Positions 45,554 to 59,700 of a stretch of 64,000 nucleotides of DNA are shown here, one piece after another (the stretch's first letter is position 1; each line of letters begins with the position of its first letter). Source of the stretch: Schizochytrium sp. TIO01. Lineage: Eukaryota; Protista; Bigyra: Labyrinthulomycetes. The stretch spans positions 3,472,001 to 3,536,000 of the forward strand of contig SMSO01000025.1 of NCBI GenBank assembly GCA_004764695.1. Direction: 5' to 3'. The notes under the pieces were generated by a model. That model had not been told where the DNA came from. It saw nothing but the letters and a program-made list of their open reading frames with translations, and made no database searches. The position numbers and the translations under genes were made by a program.

Positions 45554-48500
45554 AGCTGCTAAGTTCCTTGGCTAGCATAGCACTGGAATTATTATGCTGG
45601 TTCGCAGTGGAGCAGGACGCTTTTATATATTTATTCTATTTATTCACTTCGCACTGTATCGTAGCATCGACGCAACGTAAAACCCCTTCGAAGCCCTTGC
45701 TTTGAGGAAATAATTTTAAGCACCTTTTCAACAGCCAAGTGCCGCGTTGTTTATTTAAAACTGTTTTTTTCTAATATACTATTATGGTGATAATAACTAA
45801 CACTTTATAAAACGAGGTCCGTACAATTAAAAGTTTGCTTATTCGTCCATTATCTCAAAACGAACTTTTATTTTCGCCCCTCGCGCTTCTCTACTATCAC
45901 TAATAGTAGCGGTGCTTTGATGTTTCATAGGAAAAGAAGAAGAACTTGAAACATATGGTGATTGACGGCCTCTAAAAGCTTTTGGTTTACCTGTTCACCT
46001 TTATAAAATATGCATTTTCCTCGGGAGCTGGTGGCATCAGAAGAGACAAGGCGAGGCGGGCTTCCTCGCGGACGTCCTTAGACACCGTGGCGCGAGCAGC
46101 CCGCGAGCAACAGGCCCAAGGCAAGGCAGTCAAGGGCGAGATCGAGCTTCGCTGAGCCTGGTCCCAGCGCGAGATCGAGTTCTCCGAGGAGCTTACGCTC
46201 ACAAGCCACGAACGAGGCTCCTCCCTTTGGCTCCACCATGTCGCTATTGTTTACATACATACATACATACATACTTATTGAAAGCAAAGGAATTGAGAGA
46301 CCAACTAGAATCTTGAAAGCATCTGATTCGGGCGAGCGATCACGAGTTATTTTCAATCAAAGTTGTCTGATCCAGTTGGAGCCACAGCACTGGCGTCAGA
46401 GTGGTTCTTTTGATTGACAGGGATTTACGTGCTCGTGTGTTGTGCAGCCAGCCAGTCAGTCTTCTTGGCACGTCTTGTTCATGTCGACAGAAGACGAGAA
46501 TCAAGGACCTTGGCATAGAACAGCCAGATCAATCAGAACAACCAGAACAATTAGGGTGCATAGGAATTTCATAGCAATTTCTAGGGAGTCTTACAGGGAA
46601 GAAGTGGGCATTCTGCGGCAGAAATGCTTCATCTCGGTACTCTGCATGACGATGACTAAGTTTAGCCATCTTCATTGCATGCGGTGTTATTAGGGCTGCT
46701 CAGAGAGCAAGTCAGCACTAGCATGATGGTGCTGAGGAGACTATCGACTCTGCAAATTTCGAGCAAGATGTTTGGTTGATCCCTTATTACACCTGGATGT
46801 GAAGAAGAATTCTCTTTAAAATTGCGCATTTGCCAAGTTCTCAAGCGAGGCGTATTAATGATGTCAGGTTTAATGACGCAATCCGTCGCCGAGGATAAGG
46901 AACGATCTGTGAGATCAATTTTCTTTTCTTTTTTAAAGGCTCAAGAATGGTTTCAGGCCGCCAAACCTAAAGGAACAGGATACAGGAAGCAGTTGCGCTT
47001 TCAGATGAATAGCCACAGCCCTTAGCCACCTCTACTACGTTTATTTTAGTCCTCAGCAATTGATTGTCTAGTTGACTGAAAGGAAGAACGATAAAACATT
47101 GTCGAATAGGAAGGTAGCCACTGGGCATTTTGAGAGTCTGTTCTATTCGTTCGCTTTGCGGAATTACAAAGGACCTTCTGGTAACTCGCCTTACTCGGCG
47201 TTGGTCTCTGTTACTATTATGTTGCTTCTCATTGGTGAGGGCGACGCTTGGGATTTTTAGGCCGAGGCATAGCGACATTCCGCGGTAACTCGCTTCATGA
47301 AGCCGAGCGTGCATCCCTCTGATACCTCTCGATTGTCTTTGCGTTGTTAGCTTAATTTGTATTTCTGAAAGAAAATCAAAGGGAAAATCAAAGAAGAGGA
47401 ATATAGACAGTCAAAATCAAAGGGTCGAAAAGAGAAGCACAATTAGCCAAAACTAACAACAAGTTTTAATCTCAAATCATGCTACTAAATTCCTAGCTTG
47501 TTAATTGGTTTTGTCCAAAAACTAAATGTGCTTCACTAGTGAGAAAAAATATCATGTTAGGGGTAGCTAAACCAACTACGCGATACCTCTAAGAAAACTA
47601 AACGAAGACCACGAAGACTGCTCATTCGTCTATTTTCTCTTCTCATCAGCAAAATTGATAGCTTCTACTTCGCCGCGTTTAAATAAGGTACTGCTGATCC
47701 TCTAAGTTATTATTCTTATTAGTAATTCTTCTTATTATTAAAACTTAACGATGAAAGACTAAAATTAATTTGTTTTGGGAAATAATAATAATAACATAAA
47801 TGTTGTAATTTTATTTTTTAAATAACTTTTTCATCATCGTGTTTTGCACGCACCATTGGTATCTTCCAAAAGGTCGCCGCTTCTGCGACTCGCACTGAGA
47901 GAGGTATATGCCACGCGCCCTTAATCGACGGATCCGCGTTTAGATCAAAGACGAGCTCATTCTGTCCCCACTAAAAATACCAATTGGAAGTGTGGCGAAA
48001 GTGAGGCATGTGGTGTCTGGATACGAGACCCGTGTATACAACTTTTATATTTATTTTTACTTTCTTTAAAACACATCAACTACGTCGGCCCCAATGCGAA
48101 AGAATTGCTCGACTTAATTATTTTATTTTTAAAGTAAAGCTGGGGCTTTCGATTGTATTCTTTCGGTACGAGGGGGACTAACAAAACTTTTTATTAAAAC
48201 TTGAGCAAATTGAAAGTAATCAGAATAATTAATTGAAGGAGTAGTTGAAGGGCTTTCAACGAAGCCCGAGGGCAGCACAGCCTTCCTCAGCGTGCTGCTC
48301 ATTTTTAACCAACTCAACAATTCATTCCTCAGATAGAACAAAATCATCCTTCTCCGCACTCTGACGATTGTTTTTCCGCACATGAATGGCATGGAAAAAA
48401 GGCAAAGCTACAGATAGATAGCTAGCTAGCGAGGTCGAAAAACGAACCAGACGTTCGAGAGGGCACTTCTCCTCCTCCTTTGCCCATAATAGCGTGCGGA

Positions 48501-50202
48501 TCCCAAGGCGCCCAAGAGCTGTGGCCTCAGCAGTCTTCACGGCCCTGATTTGGACTGTCTCTTCGCAGCAGCCGATCTATGCACGTGTAGATGAAAGCTG
48601 CGTCTCCTCGAAAGCTCTCTGCGGAGGCCAGAGAAATGCACCGAAAGCTGAGCGCTGCATGGCTAGCTAGCTGGCGAGCGAGCTAGCGAGCTAGCGAGCG
48701 AGGCGCATCTCTGATGTTGATGCTGCAATGTCCTGCGAGCATTCCACACCCACCGACGGAGACGACACAAGGGCCCACGAAGGTACTGACTGGGTTGGCT
48801 CACATTCGATCGAAACGACGGCACACGCCACAGAATAGGTTTGCTGGCAGGCAGTGGATTGACTGGCGTGGCGGCGATGGGAGACAGGACTTGGGCAGCG
48901 GGATGTGACCTGCTTACTTCGCGTGAATGCCGTAAGATCGACTCTCGTTGTAGAGAAGTGGCACCGCCCGCTCCGGTCCAGGCTTAAGGCGGCATTGGTG
49001 AGCGGCATTGGTGAACGGAGTGAGTTCGAGTCGATCTTCGGCTGTGCTTGCTTGGCTATCGCAGAAGCTGGCGAGTTGCCAAGTCGAGCGTGATCTTTGA
49101 GGTTCGACTTGCGAAGAAGAAGAAGAAGAAGAAGAAGGCCGACGGTGGCTACCTTGCGCATACAGCAATGCAGCAGAGGTGCATGCGTCAGAGAGGAAAC
49201 GAGATTTCACAGGCTAGCTAGCGCAGGGCACGATCTGTTGACCGAGATCAAGGTGGCGCGGCGAGATCGAGATGCTTGCACAGGGTCGCACGGCGGAGCC
49301 TTCCTCTCTCTGATACGCTGGCTGGCTAGATGAAGGATGGATGCCATGCTGCCCCGTGCTGTGCTGTGATGTGCTCGGCGAGCGAGACGCCACTAGCCGG
49401 GCAAGAACTCGAGCTTCGAGGGTGCCATCATGCACGCAGCTCTCCCGCTATGGCTTGCAGTGAGGGAGCTTTCTTGAACTGGTGCCACGCCCTGTACGCA
49501 ATGGCGGCTCCCTCAACTCAATCTCTCTGTGGACCGACGCAAAGAGAGCTGTGCATTTCCAGCGTGCCTGAATGTGCAGAGGGTTTGGAGACTTGAGAAC
49601 GGCAGAAGGCAATACGAGAAAATGTGAAACCTGGAGGCATGCATCGCCGGTCTTCTCCGCGGAGCGAGCGGCCTCAGCGATTAGCACACCGGCCAGTGCC
49701 AAGCTTGATCCTGGCCTGTTCACAACTGCTCCAGCAGGAACCTCAACTCTCTGCCCTCCTCAAGCAGTCGTCGGAGACTGCAGCTTCTCTCGTGCCTCAT
49801 GCCCCGGCCGCAGCTTCATCTCTGCTTCTGCGCCGGCTACTCCTCGTACGGAGGAAGGTCTCTTCCCGGTGCCTGCATTGCGACTCCGCAAGAGCAGACT
49901 TCGAAACTCACCCACCCGCTGTGCGCGCGAGCGGCCTCGCGACAGCGATGCTGCAGCCACAGCGCTCGACGAAGGGCTTCGGTTCTTGGTTCTCAATTCT
50001 TGAAAGTGCTCGAGAGCTTTGCCAGGTCCTACCTCCTTCAATTGCCCCTAGCTACTACCTAGCCTGAACACTTAGTCTTTGCAGAGGCAGTAATTCCTCA
50101 TAGCACTACTCCTTAGGATATTTTTTCCATCCATGGTTTTATTAACAGGTGTAGACTCTGTGACCTCAACGAGCGCCCTTCTACGAGCGTTCGAGCGCGT
50201 CT

Positions 50203-50319
50203 GGGATGATGCCGGAGTGGTCTAACGGGTTGGACTTGAACTAGTAGCGTTTCCTAGTGAATACGGCTACTTGTGATCCAATGGCTTCGGCCGCGCAGGT
50301 TCGAACCCTGCTCATCTCG
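50203..50319 (+). tRNA. tRNA-Ser(UGA) with a 35-nt canonical intron (50241-50275)
   Basis: Acceptor stem GGGATGA/TCATCTC with discriminator G. A-box region TGCCGGAGTGG. Anticodon stem TTGGA/TCCAA with loop CT-TGA-A^A. Long variable arm TGGCTTCGGCCG. T arm GCAGG-TTCGAAC-CCTGC. The intron sits at 37/38, and C32 can pair with the intron -3 G. Confidence 0.95.
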
Positions 50320-50333
50320 AAAATCCACAATTC

Positions 50334-50354
50334 TTTTTTCCCTTTTTTTTTTTT
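50334..50354 (+). terminator. RNA polymerase III oligo-T terminator of the tRNA
   Basis: T6 starting about 15 nt after the tRNA 3' end, followed by T12. Confidence 0.8.
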
Positions 50355-50731
50355 CTTCAAGTCTGAAGAAGAAGACTATTCTATTGTGCGCTAAGGCTCT
50401 TCTTTTTGTGTCGCCTTTTTAGATGGATGGATTGATTTTGTTGTTGTTTATCTGTGCAGGAGCTGGCGTCCCTTTGAGGGCTTCATAAGTTTTTATGTTT
50501 GTTTGGTTATATACATTGTATTGCTTCGGTCATGATCGCGCTTAGGAGCACCTGCTTCCACTCGACTAGCTCGAATAGAGTTCGTGGGACTTAGGCAGTT
50601 CTAACTAGCGGGTTGTTGACACTTTAAACACAAAATAGTAGATATTCTTTTAACCTTTCAAGTTCTTTTTTTGAAGTCACGGTGTTGTATTATTTATTGT
50701 GGTTGAGAAAGAAGAAGAAGAAGAAGAAGAG

Positions 50732-50763
<32 letters not shown>

Positions 50764-52984
50764 AAGAGGAAAACTTGTTCCCCGCAAGATTCGTTCCCTG
50801 CAGCCAAGGAAGAAGAGCGTTTCTATCTACAGGGAAAACAAGCAAAGATAAGTCCGCCGCCCTCTATTTACTCCACCCTACGCATTCTAAATTCTAAAGG
50901 GCGGCGCCGGCCCAGAAGACAGCACAGAAGGAAGAGGCCGTTCTCCCGCTACACGTGTGCAACTGTCACGTCTCTCGCCAAAGACGATCGCAGGAGAGCT
51001 GAGACGGACACTGAAGAGGAAGTGTGCGTGCCAGGTACCAGTAACAAGCCCAAGAGTACGAACAAAAACAAAAATTTAGACATTATAAATTATAAATTAT
51101 AAATTCAAAGTACAAAAAATATTTTCAAACGTCACACGTCAAAAGTAAAACTTTTACATTTTCAATCCAAAAGTAAAAAAGTGAGAAGTAAGTAAAAAGC
51201 AAAACTAAAAGCCTTGCCACTAGTACCTAGTCAGACTATTCATTCACTCATTAATTCACACTCAGTCACTCACTCACTCACTCACTGCGCTGACTCTATT
51301 CGCTTTGGTCTGTGGTCTGTTATGGCTGTGGCCGTGAGAGAGAGAGATGGACCGCTGTGATCAATCAATCAAAGCCGTCCATGAAAAGGCGAAAGCTAAA
51401 CTTGAAAAGGCCAAGAGGCGAAGAATGGCGACGGAGGCTTCGACAGCGAGAGAATGAGGATGAGGATGATATATTGAGGTAGATATCTGAGACCTTCGCT
51501 GGCGGCGGGTGCGAGAGAAGGCCGCCACGACGCAAGCAAGCAAGCAAGCAAGTGCTGCTCAGCAGCGGCTCCAGCCTCCGCGTGAAAGATTGGAAGAGCT
51601 CGCTCGCCCGCCTTCCGCAATGGTTCCCGACCGAGTTTGGTATCAGGTATCATGATGGATGATCGTGCCGGTAGATCGTTGGCTTCTCAGAATAGATGGA
51701 GACCGGTTGGCCTCGAGATCGTGGCCTTGCACTGCACAAGTAAGTGTCCACGGGAGCCACGAGCAGGTCCAAGGTTGAGCTCGCCCGGCACTCGACGAAG
51801 CGGGTGCAATGCCGCATGGAAGGCGCTCTGGAGCAGAGGAGAAACTCAGGCAGGACTATTATTGAGGGAATATCAAGATCTTCTCGTATCATTTCGTCTC
51901 AAAGCCGCCGGCTCTGTTGGAGGCAAGTTAGCAGAGATCTCTGTTTTGGCTGTGGCTTGAGATGGCTGTGAATGGAGAAACCAAGACAGACAAAGGAGCG
52001 AAATTGATACGCCACGGAGAGGATTCTGATTATCCCAAACCTGGAAATGAATAGCTCTGGTTGAACTGGGGAGAACAAACAAATAGACAAACAAACAAAC
52101 AAATAGTCACTGGCGGTCTGAAGCGTGTTTTACTTTGCTTGTGAGTTACTCGCGTTCGACATTCATAGTCGCTAGCAGCGCCAGTTTAACCCAATTCTCA
52201 AGTCGTTGAATGCACAAGGACAAGGACAGCTAATGGCCAGGATCCAAGAGGGTTAGGCTTTACGGTAGCAAAACCCTAGCGGCCTGGGGTACAGTCAAGG
52301 GTGCCTTTGCTGGCCTTTTTCAGAGGCTCTGTGAGAGAGTAAAGGGCAGAAAGAGAGCAGTCGAAGGTGATACGTGGCGCCTTTTCGAGTCATGCTCGAT
52401 CAGAACGCGTGCAAAACGTGGCCTCTGCCGGCTCTCTCTCTCTCTCCCTCTCTAAATTACCGCTTAATCAGACAGGATCTTTGCCAATTAAAAAAGCAAA
52501 AGATGTGAAATTTGCCGTAAACTAATATTAGGAGGACGTACGTAGTAGCATTTCTAACACAGAAATTGCCGGCTTCGTAAATGGAAATGGAATTCCCGAC
52601 CGATGGGTTTTGTACCTTGTTTTTTGTTTCTTGTTTTTCTTTGCCAACTTGAAATAAATATATACGTGCGCATTAATTTATTGGAAATAGGGTCTGAGGT
52701 ACATACGTACTTGGATAACGAACGAGGTGGCCGAGGTGAGCCACTGCTTTGGACTTAGCTCGTTGTAAGCCCACGAAGGAGATGCCCGAAAGCGGGAAAT
52801 GCGACGATAGGTCGATGGAAATTCGTAGATAGATCATCTTAGCTGGACGCCCAAGTTGGACCAGAAACCAGCGAGCGTCCCGTCCTTCACGCCAAGGTCT
52901 TCGGGAAACGCACTCGTACCCAGTAAGTTCTTATTCGATTAAGGAGTCCCTCGAAGTCCCTTTTCCCCTCTGCTTTGTTTTAGC

Positions 52985-53225
52985 ACAAACAAACAAACAA
53001 ACAAACAAACAAACAAACAAACAAACAAACAAACAAACAAACAAACAAACAAACAAACAAACAAACAAACAAACAAACAAACAAACAAACAAACAAACAA
53101 ACAAACAAACAAACAAACAAACAAATAAACAAACAAACAAACAAACAAACAAACAAACAAACAAACAAACAAACAAACAAACAAACAAACAAACAAACAA
53201 ACAAACAAACAAACAAACAAACAAA
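52985..53225. repeat. Long (AAAC)n microsatellite, ~60 units
   Basis: Direct reading, with one AAAT variant. It explains the FVCL-repeat ORFs. Confidence 0.97.
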
Positions 53226-55211
53226 AAGAAAGCCTCCGAGTCGTAAAGTTCCTCTCCATTTCCCGGAAGATGGCGAGTCCAAGAGCCTTCTTACCTAGTA
53301 CCTATGTACCTCCTAGAACGAATTTCATAATGATAATAAAAATTATACAAGTAGGGATCGATCCATCCATCTATCTCTCGAGATGCAGTACCAGACAGAA
53401 AGCTCCGGCTGCTCTGAAGGAGCTCAGGAATACAGGAACAGGGGTGCAAAGGAACGAAAGAGCCTCCACGGCCGCGGTCGGTGCAGCCTTGACCTGCTCC
53501 GGTTCATGCAATTCTCCCTGAGCCCCCAGGGCGCCTCCTCTCTCGTTCATATTTCTTTAAATTTATTTTAAATTTATTTTAATAGTAACAATAAATAAAA
53601 TTATATATAATATATAATAAAAGTAAACACCATGACATCACACAAATAAAAGCTCTTCTATTTCTTCTTTCATTTTCGGCGTTGATCACGATCGTAAGTG
53701 GGTGGAGCCATCATTTGATTTTCAAATGGAACAAGTTGTCTGTGTATGATCTGAAGCTTCAAAAATGGTACCTGGTGGGTAAGAAGGAAAGGCTGTTTTG
53801 TCCGCAGAGAGGGCTTATTATAGGTAGTAACTTTCTAATTCTTTCATTTCATTGCATTGCATTGTATTGTATTTTTTTTTTTCTTTGGTGCCTGGGCAAG
53901 ACTTCCTGACTCGCGAGTGTCCACTAGAATTGGTAGTTCGTTGCCAGCATTATCATAAAGTAAGGAGGGACTCGGACGCAGGAGCGTCGCATTTCGTAGA
54001 CAAATTTGCAAATTGGTGTGCTCCGACGGCTGTCTTGAACCATTAACACACCGTTTGCTCTCGCTTTGGCACCATGGAGAACTACTTTGATTTGATTTAT
54101 TTATTTTAATTCACTTTGTTGAAGGGAAGGAATCTAAGCTTTCCTTGTCTTCCTCGTTTTCTCCTTCTCCTTCGCTTTCGTCTCACTTTTCCTTTATATA
54201 GAACTAACTTGAAGGCCCAGCTTGAAAAAAATAAAAATTCGCCACCCTGAACCTCGTCCGTGTCTCGTATTACCGGCTTCAGCGAAGTTGGGGTATGGCC
54301 ACTTTGAGGCGCCTGCGTCAATCTTAACCCGCCACCGTCAATCTCATTGATTGAAGAACTGGCCAAACCAGCAAATCGACCAATTCGACATCTCTGCGCA
54401 AACGGGGAAGAATCAAGTTGGGAAGCGCCAAAAGAAAACGGAAAAGGGATCCTTAGGCTGCTCCGCAACAGCGCTTCTAAACGCTTTTTTTATACTACAA
54501 TGCGTTCCAGAATGATGATTTGTTGATTCCTCAAATCGAATTAGTTTTCGGGTCAAACTCTAAAGTAGAGGAAAGCCCGGCTCCCGAAGCAAGCACCGAT
54601 GAGGATTGGCGCCTTCAAGTTGAAGAACCCGGGAGACGCCGATGGCCCATCATGAAAAGGTGCTCCAGCTTACGAAGTCATCTCTTTGTCTCTGGCATCA
54701 ACTAGTTCTGTGGTGGACTTTTTTCAAAGTCGCCAATGCTGCAGAACACAACGCAACGCAGTGGCTGGAGGAGGAGGAGGAGGAGGAGGAGGAGGTGTGT
54801 TCTTTCACATGTAGTACTATGGCGATATTATGAGTGGTGTCAGCAGTCAGTGATCAAGGCTTTCTTTCGGGTTGAGAACGAACTGTGGAATGCAGGGCTC
54901 ACGATCGCCAAACAAACCCACTTGGACTTGGAGGAACAAGTGCTGCCTGCCTTCGATTAGGAAGACCGAAAGGTCCGACTTGAAGAGAGCAGACTGTCGA
55001 AGAAAGGAGAAAGCGCTGATTTTGTCCCGTCAAGAATTAAGAAAGTAGTGTCGTCCTGCATTGTCCATGAGTTCTTTCCTTTTAGTTCGGATCTCGTACA
55101 AAGATCTCAAATTCCCCAAAGTTTCTTCGACCTCAAGATTTGAAGGAAAACAATTTTTATTTTTATTTTTAAATGTAAAACAAATAGCGTTATGATTAAG
55201 CACACTTGTAC

Positions 55212-55345
55212 AGCCAGCCGGCCCTTCTATTATATATCAATTTTCTAAAGAATCTTCATCTCTTTTTCTGTTTCTATTAGCCAGCCGGCCCTTCTATTAT
55301 ATATCAATTTTCTAAAGAATCTTCATCTCTTTTTCTGTTTCTATT
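55212..55345. repeat. Perfect 67-bp tandem duplication
   Basis: agccagccggcccttctatt...tttttctgtttctatt occurs at 55212-55278 and 55279-55345. Confidence 0.9.
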
Positions 55346-56229
55346 TTGTTTTATTTTGTTTTGCTTTGTTTTGTTTTGTGAATATTAAAATAATTATTAT
55401 ATCTGGAAAATAACTTACCCATGTTTTCTGAAAGTGAGATTCGAAGACAAGAGTTTGATTTCTGCCACCCTTTAATTTAATAAAAATAAAATATAAAATT
55501 AAAAGCAACTTTAAATCAAAGGTCTGGGCTACTTTAATTTAAAAGAGTGATGTCGAAACTATTCTAGATCACTTTCCTCTAGACTTAAATACTAACTTCC
55601 TTGCGCACTCTCGGAGCCCCCCTCCATTTTCTTCGCCTTCGAACTCATAAACTTAGTACTGGTATTTTTAATCTTAATTTGTTTTTTTAATTTAAGAAAA
55701 TACATTCAATCATATTATACCTGCGTATATTTCTTTTATAAAAATGTAAAACATCATCACTTTTCGTTTTTCTTTTTTAAATAACACCTCTTTCCACCTA
55801 AAACTGTAGTGTAGTGTAGGCCGATACCTAAATGTTGACAAGAGATGCATGCGTGGTGCGGATACACCCGACCCGGCAGCTCGCTTCAAAGAGCCTGTTC
55901 AAGCAAACACTTTAAGTGCGTGCCCAAATGATGGAAACTGTAGGGTACGTACGTACTAGTAATAAGAGAAGCATCCGCAGCGACTCAGCATTAGAAGCAA
56001 TGAAAGCTCGCAAGTGATAGATCCAAGAAGCCGCCCGCTCGAGCAGAGCTGACGCCGATTGAGCTCGATTCTATAGAGGACCTGCAGAGCCGACACGGAG
56101 CCCCTTCGTTTTCAAGCGTGTGTGAAAGTCGTAATTTGATGAATGTGGGCTATCACGCACCTCGTGTCGTCGCATATCAGTTGAATACTAATGACTCTAC
56201 GCACCGCATGTATGTATTTATGTATGTAT

Positions 56230-56301
56230 GTTTGTTTGTTTGTTTGTTTGTTTGTTTGTTTGTTTGTTTGTTTGTTTGTTTGTTTGTTTGTTTGTTTGTT
56301 T
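56230..56301. repeat. (GTTT)n microsatellite
   Basis: About 18 units. Confidence 0.9.
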
Positions 56302-56677
56302 GTGGGGGTGTTTGTTTGTGTGTATGTTAGCTCGGAAAAGCCCTGCTGACAAGATCCAACTCGCACGAATGGCCTTAATGACGTGTGTGTTTATCTATCT
56401 ATCTATGATCTATCTCTATCCATTTATCCATCTGCGAATGTATTTATCTATGCATGTGTTGAATAGGTGTCGGTTTTGATTTGTGTGTGTATGTACCCAC
56501 AATGAGAAGGACCACTTGTAAATGGATGGACTAATGCAAGGAGGATTAGTTGGGAGAGCAGGCAATGGATTCTTTCATGTCGTAGCAAAGTACTTTGCTT
56601 TTCTGGACGGCTCGCGAAGCAAATGGCTGCGAATAGCACCGCCGATGGTTTCCAGAAAGTTGATCCAAGAGTGAGTG

Positions 56678-56712
<35 letters not shown>

Positions 56713-59700
56713 CGTCAGTTGTCGAAGAAAGGTCGCCGAGGGAACAAACAAGAAGTGGTCAAGATGAAGGTCAATCGACACGAAAGGCAGCTCCAACAGC
56801 GCTTTGCTGTAAGACTGGTGCCAAAGATTGGCTCACCCCTCTGCTCCACTGTAATGTCTGTGAACAACTAACTCGCTCGAGGCTGACGAACTGAGCGTGG
56901 AAATGCGAGACGCCATCCAATATTACCCTGACCACTGGTATTGAGTCAATCGACCAAGAGCGCCGCTTCGTGGGCCTGTGCAGAAGAAAGCGGAGACTTG
57001 CAGGACTCCTCGGAGTGCCTCCGGAGCAAATGACCTTTGCACGCAAGTAAATCGAAGGCATGGAAAGCAGATAAGCTCTCGGCACCAAAGACAATGAGCT
57101 GGAATCGATCGCAATATTACGCTTCGCGCTTCGCAGATCCCAAAGACCTTTCTCGGAGGCGATGCCATGTCCAGCTTGATGGAGCTTGCATGTACGGTGT
57201 AGCTGGAGTTCTTTGCATCGCTCGGAGGCGCTGACGTTGCTGGCCTCCTCAGAAGAGTATAGCAGCTGGGTCTTTGGCACCAGCAGGAACGGAAGCTTGT
57301 CAAGGGAGATTCCAAGTCCCGAGGCCCTCAGCTGACGTAGCCTGCAATGAATGTCGCTTATGCGTCGTGCATTGCTGCATGGCTAGCAGAATTTGTGCGA
57401 ATAGAACAGACTTGACTACTCTTTAGGCGGAAAGGTCTATGGCTAGGTACTTTGTCGAACCTCAGGGCACTCGCTGCGTTTCTTCAGCGCGACATGCGCC
57501 TATCTGGTTTAATGATCTAGGAGTAAGGGGGCGCTTGCGCAAGCAATCTCATGTTGAAGTTGAAGTTGGAGTTGAAATTGACAACAGTCATTATCGTTAT
57601 TATCGTAAATATGGTGTTTCGGAAAGCCGTAGTTCACTGAAAATGGTCGATCTGCCTGCTCCGTAGAGGGTCTCGTAGGCTGCAGATTGAACAAGTGAGC
57701 TGTAACAACCTCTCGAAATGGAGAACATGATGGCAAGCACAAGAACTTTCACCCAGTTGCAAAACAACCCTAAGGCAGTCTCGACGAAAGGGCTTCCGAG
57801 CGCGTGCGGAGGTCTTCGCCATTCCCTCCGCTCCAGCAGCTCGTACCTGGCTTAAGTAGCATGGCATTCAAGTTAAGTTAAAGAAGCAAGCAAGCTTCCT
57901 TTGAAACGCTACGCACGCCATTTGCCTCTTTCTACAAGGCACAGAGTAAGTACTTCACAAGCAAGAAGCCCTCGCTCGAGCCGAGGCAGAAGAAAATTCC
58001 TGACTTAGCTTTTTGATGAACTAGGAGCAATCAGACTTGGATGTGTGAGTAAGCCGGAAGATCGTGAGAGCCGGAATTCGACACAGTCGCAACGAATCTC
58101 CAAGCTGCACGAGACTGGGCAATGTATAGTGTCTGGTATCAAGTGCAGTCCAGCTATATCGATATCGAGCTGGACATTCCCTAGTAATCCGCAAACTTGC
58201 GGGCGGCCCGCCTAGCAGAAGCGGCAAGGTTCTATGCCTCTCAGGACTGTCTGTCGACGGAAGTGGTGGCCTATAGGACTTCCCAAACACACTCGCACAG
58301 CTCGTTCTTTTAGGTGAACAAACACATAGTAGAACCCACGACAGAAGGAGAACTTGACTCAGGTGCAGGTGCCGATGGCGATGCTTCTGACGCTGGCTGG
58401 TTCTTCAAGGTAGCGAGGGCGTGAGTGATTTAGCTCCAGGAAAAGCTGACCTCAGAGAGCCTCCCTTGGAGAGTGAGGGGATATTAGAGTACTCGACTCC
58501 TTCGCTAATTTGCCCATTTCGTAGTGGTCTTGACGTGGGGGAGCTGAGTCCAAAGTCCTGTCCGTCGAAGAAGCAATCTTTCCCTCGCTTGAAGATAATC
58601 CACAGGAAACCTCCTGCTAAACCCCCACTAGCGGAATCTATAAGACTTCCTGAGCTTACAATTACTTGTTTTTTTTCATTTCGAACATGACAAGATCTAG
58701 GATTTCTGCCAAAGTCGTGCATAAATAACGAACATAGTATAGCTAAAAACGCTTAGACGAGTGCCTTTCGTTTGTAGCTTTGTGTAGGGCCTATACTGAA
58801 TCGAATAGATTTTTCATAACTCGAAGGTTTAGTCTAACATCTTATGTAAAGTGTGATTATGATCTCAACGAACAGGTGCCTCAGCAAGAAGAAGCTACAA
58901 TTTGCATGTTGCTTGGGGAATCAAGCCAATCACAGGTTCGGTATGGGGAGTAAAAGCGTTCGTCCAGACTTGCTTTTGACGAGCCGGATTCTCTGTTTTC
59001 AGGGCGCTGCCCTCTACAACCAACCGACTTGCCGCAAACAATCCAGGTATCTAGTACTTGGTAGTTGCTGGGAAGAGGCAACTGTGATTTTTACTTTTGT
59101 TTTTTTAGCACTTAGACTTTGGTGTGAGCCTTTAATTTTACCCGACTGAAGTACAAGTTTCGATTAACAGGACTTATGAAAGTGAGTGATTGAGTAATAC
59201 AGAGGAAAAAACAAATGTGTGAGTGATAGGTAACAAGTAAGCACTACTTTGTAGGTGCTAATTGTCGCATGAGTTCAATATCTTGGTAGCTTTACTGTTA
59301 GATAGCGAAGGAGACGTTCATTTGCGAGCAAACGATAAAACAAATCTAACTTGTGGACCTGCAACACCAATTGAACATGTATGTTGGGCTTACGAAATTG
59401 GATGTAGAACAACCTTATGCAATTGACTTAGTACTTCGCATCATAACAGGTGAACGATATCTTTAATGTCAGCACTAGAAATCTGAACAACCATTTGGCT
59501 CTAGCTACTTGAATTTGTTGAAGCATAAATTTGCATATCATAAACTCCATCAAGAACCAAGAGTTGGTGTAAGCAAATTGAAGTATCTCTGCCATATGTA
59601 TTCATATTAATTCTAGAGTATGAGAGTCTCCCGACCACCCTAAATTGATTGTGCATCCACCCTGGTACCACCCATATTATATATTTATATTTATATCTTT

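Noticed and set aside
48691-50067. Cluster of 90-156-aa ORFs upstream of the tRNA
   Set aside because: Mutually overlapping on both strands in GC-rich sequence, with low-information translations.
50203-50761. tRNA-headed SINE (tRNA followed ~400 bp later by an A30 tract)
   Set aside because: The tRNA is intact with its intron and has an immediate Pol III terminator. No target-site duplication is seen, and the A-run grades out of an (AAG)n repeat.
52728-52930. SRP-RNA-like start (TTGTAAGCCCA) and GAAA hairpin
   Set aside because: The helix-8 AGG..GNRA..AGCAG signature is absent.
52931-53282. FVCL-repeat ORFs
   Set aside because: Translation of the (AAAC)n microsatellite.
52985-56301. (AAAC)n and (GTTT)n as terminal inverted repeats of a transposon
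   Set aside because: The same microsatellite occurs many times in both orientations in the window. There is no transposase or target-site duplication.
56771-57315. 169/130-aa minus ORFs and stop-broken plus-strand frames as a pseudogene
   Set aside because: No recognisable motif; needs several stops and frameshifts to be joined.
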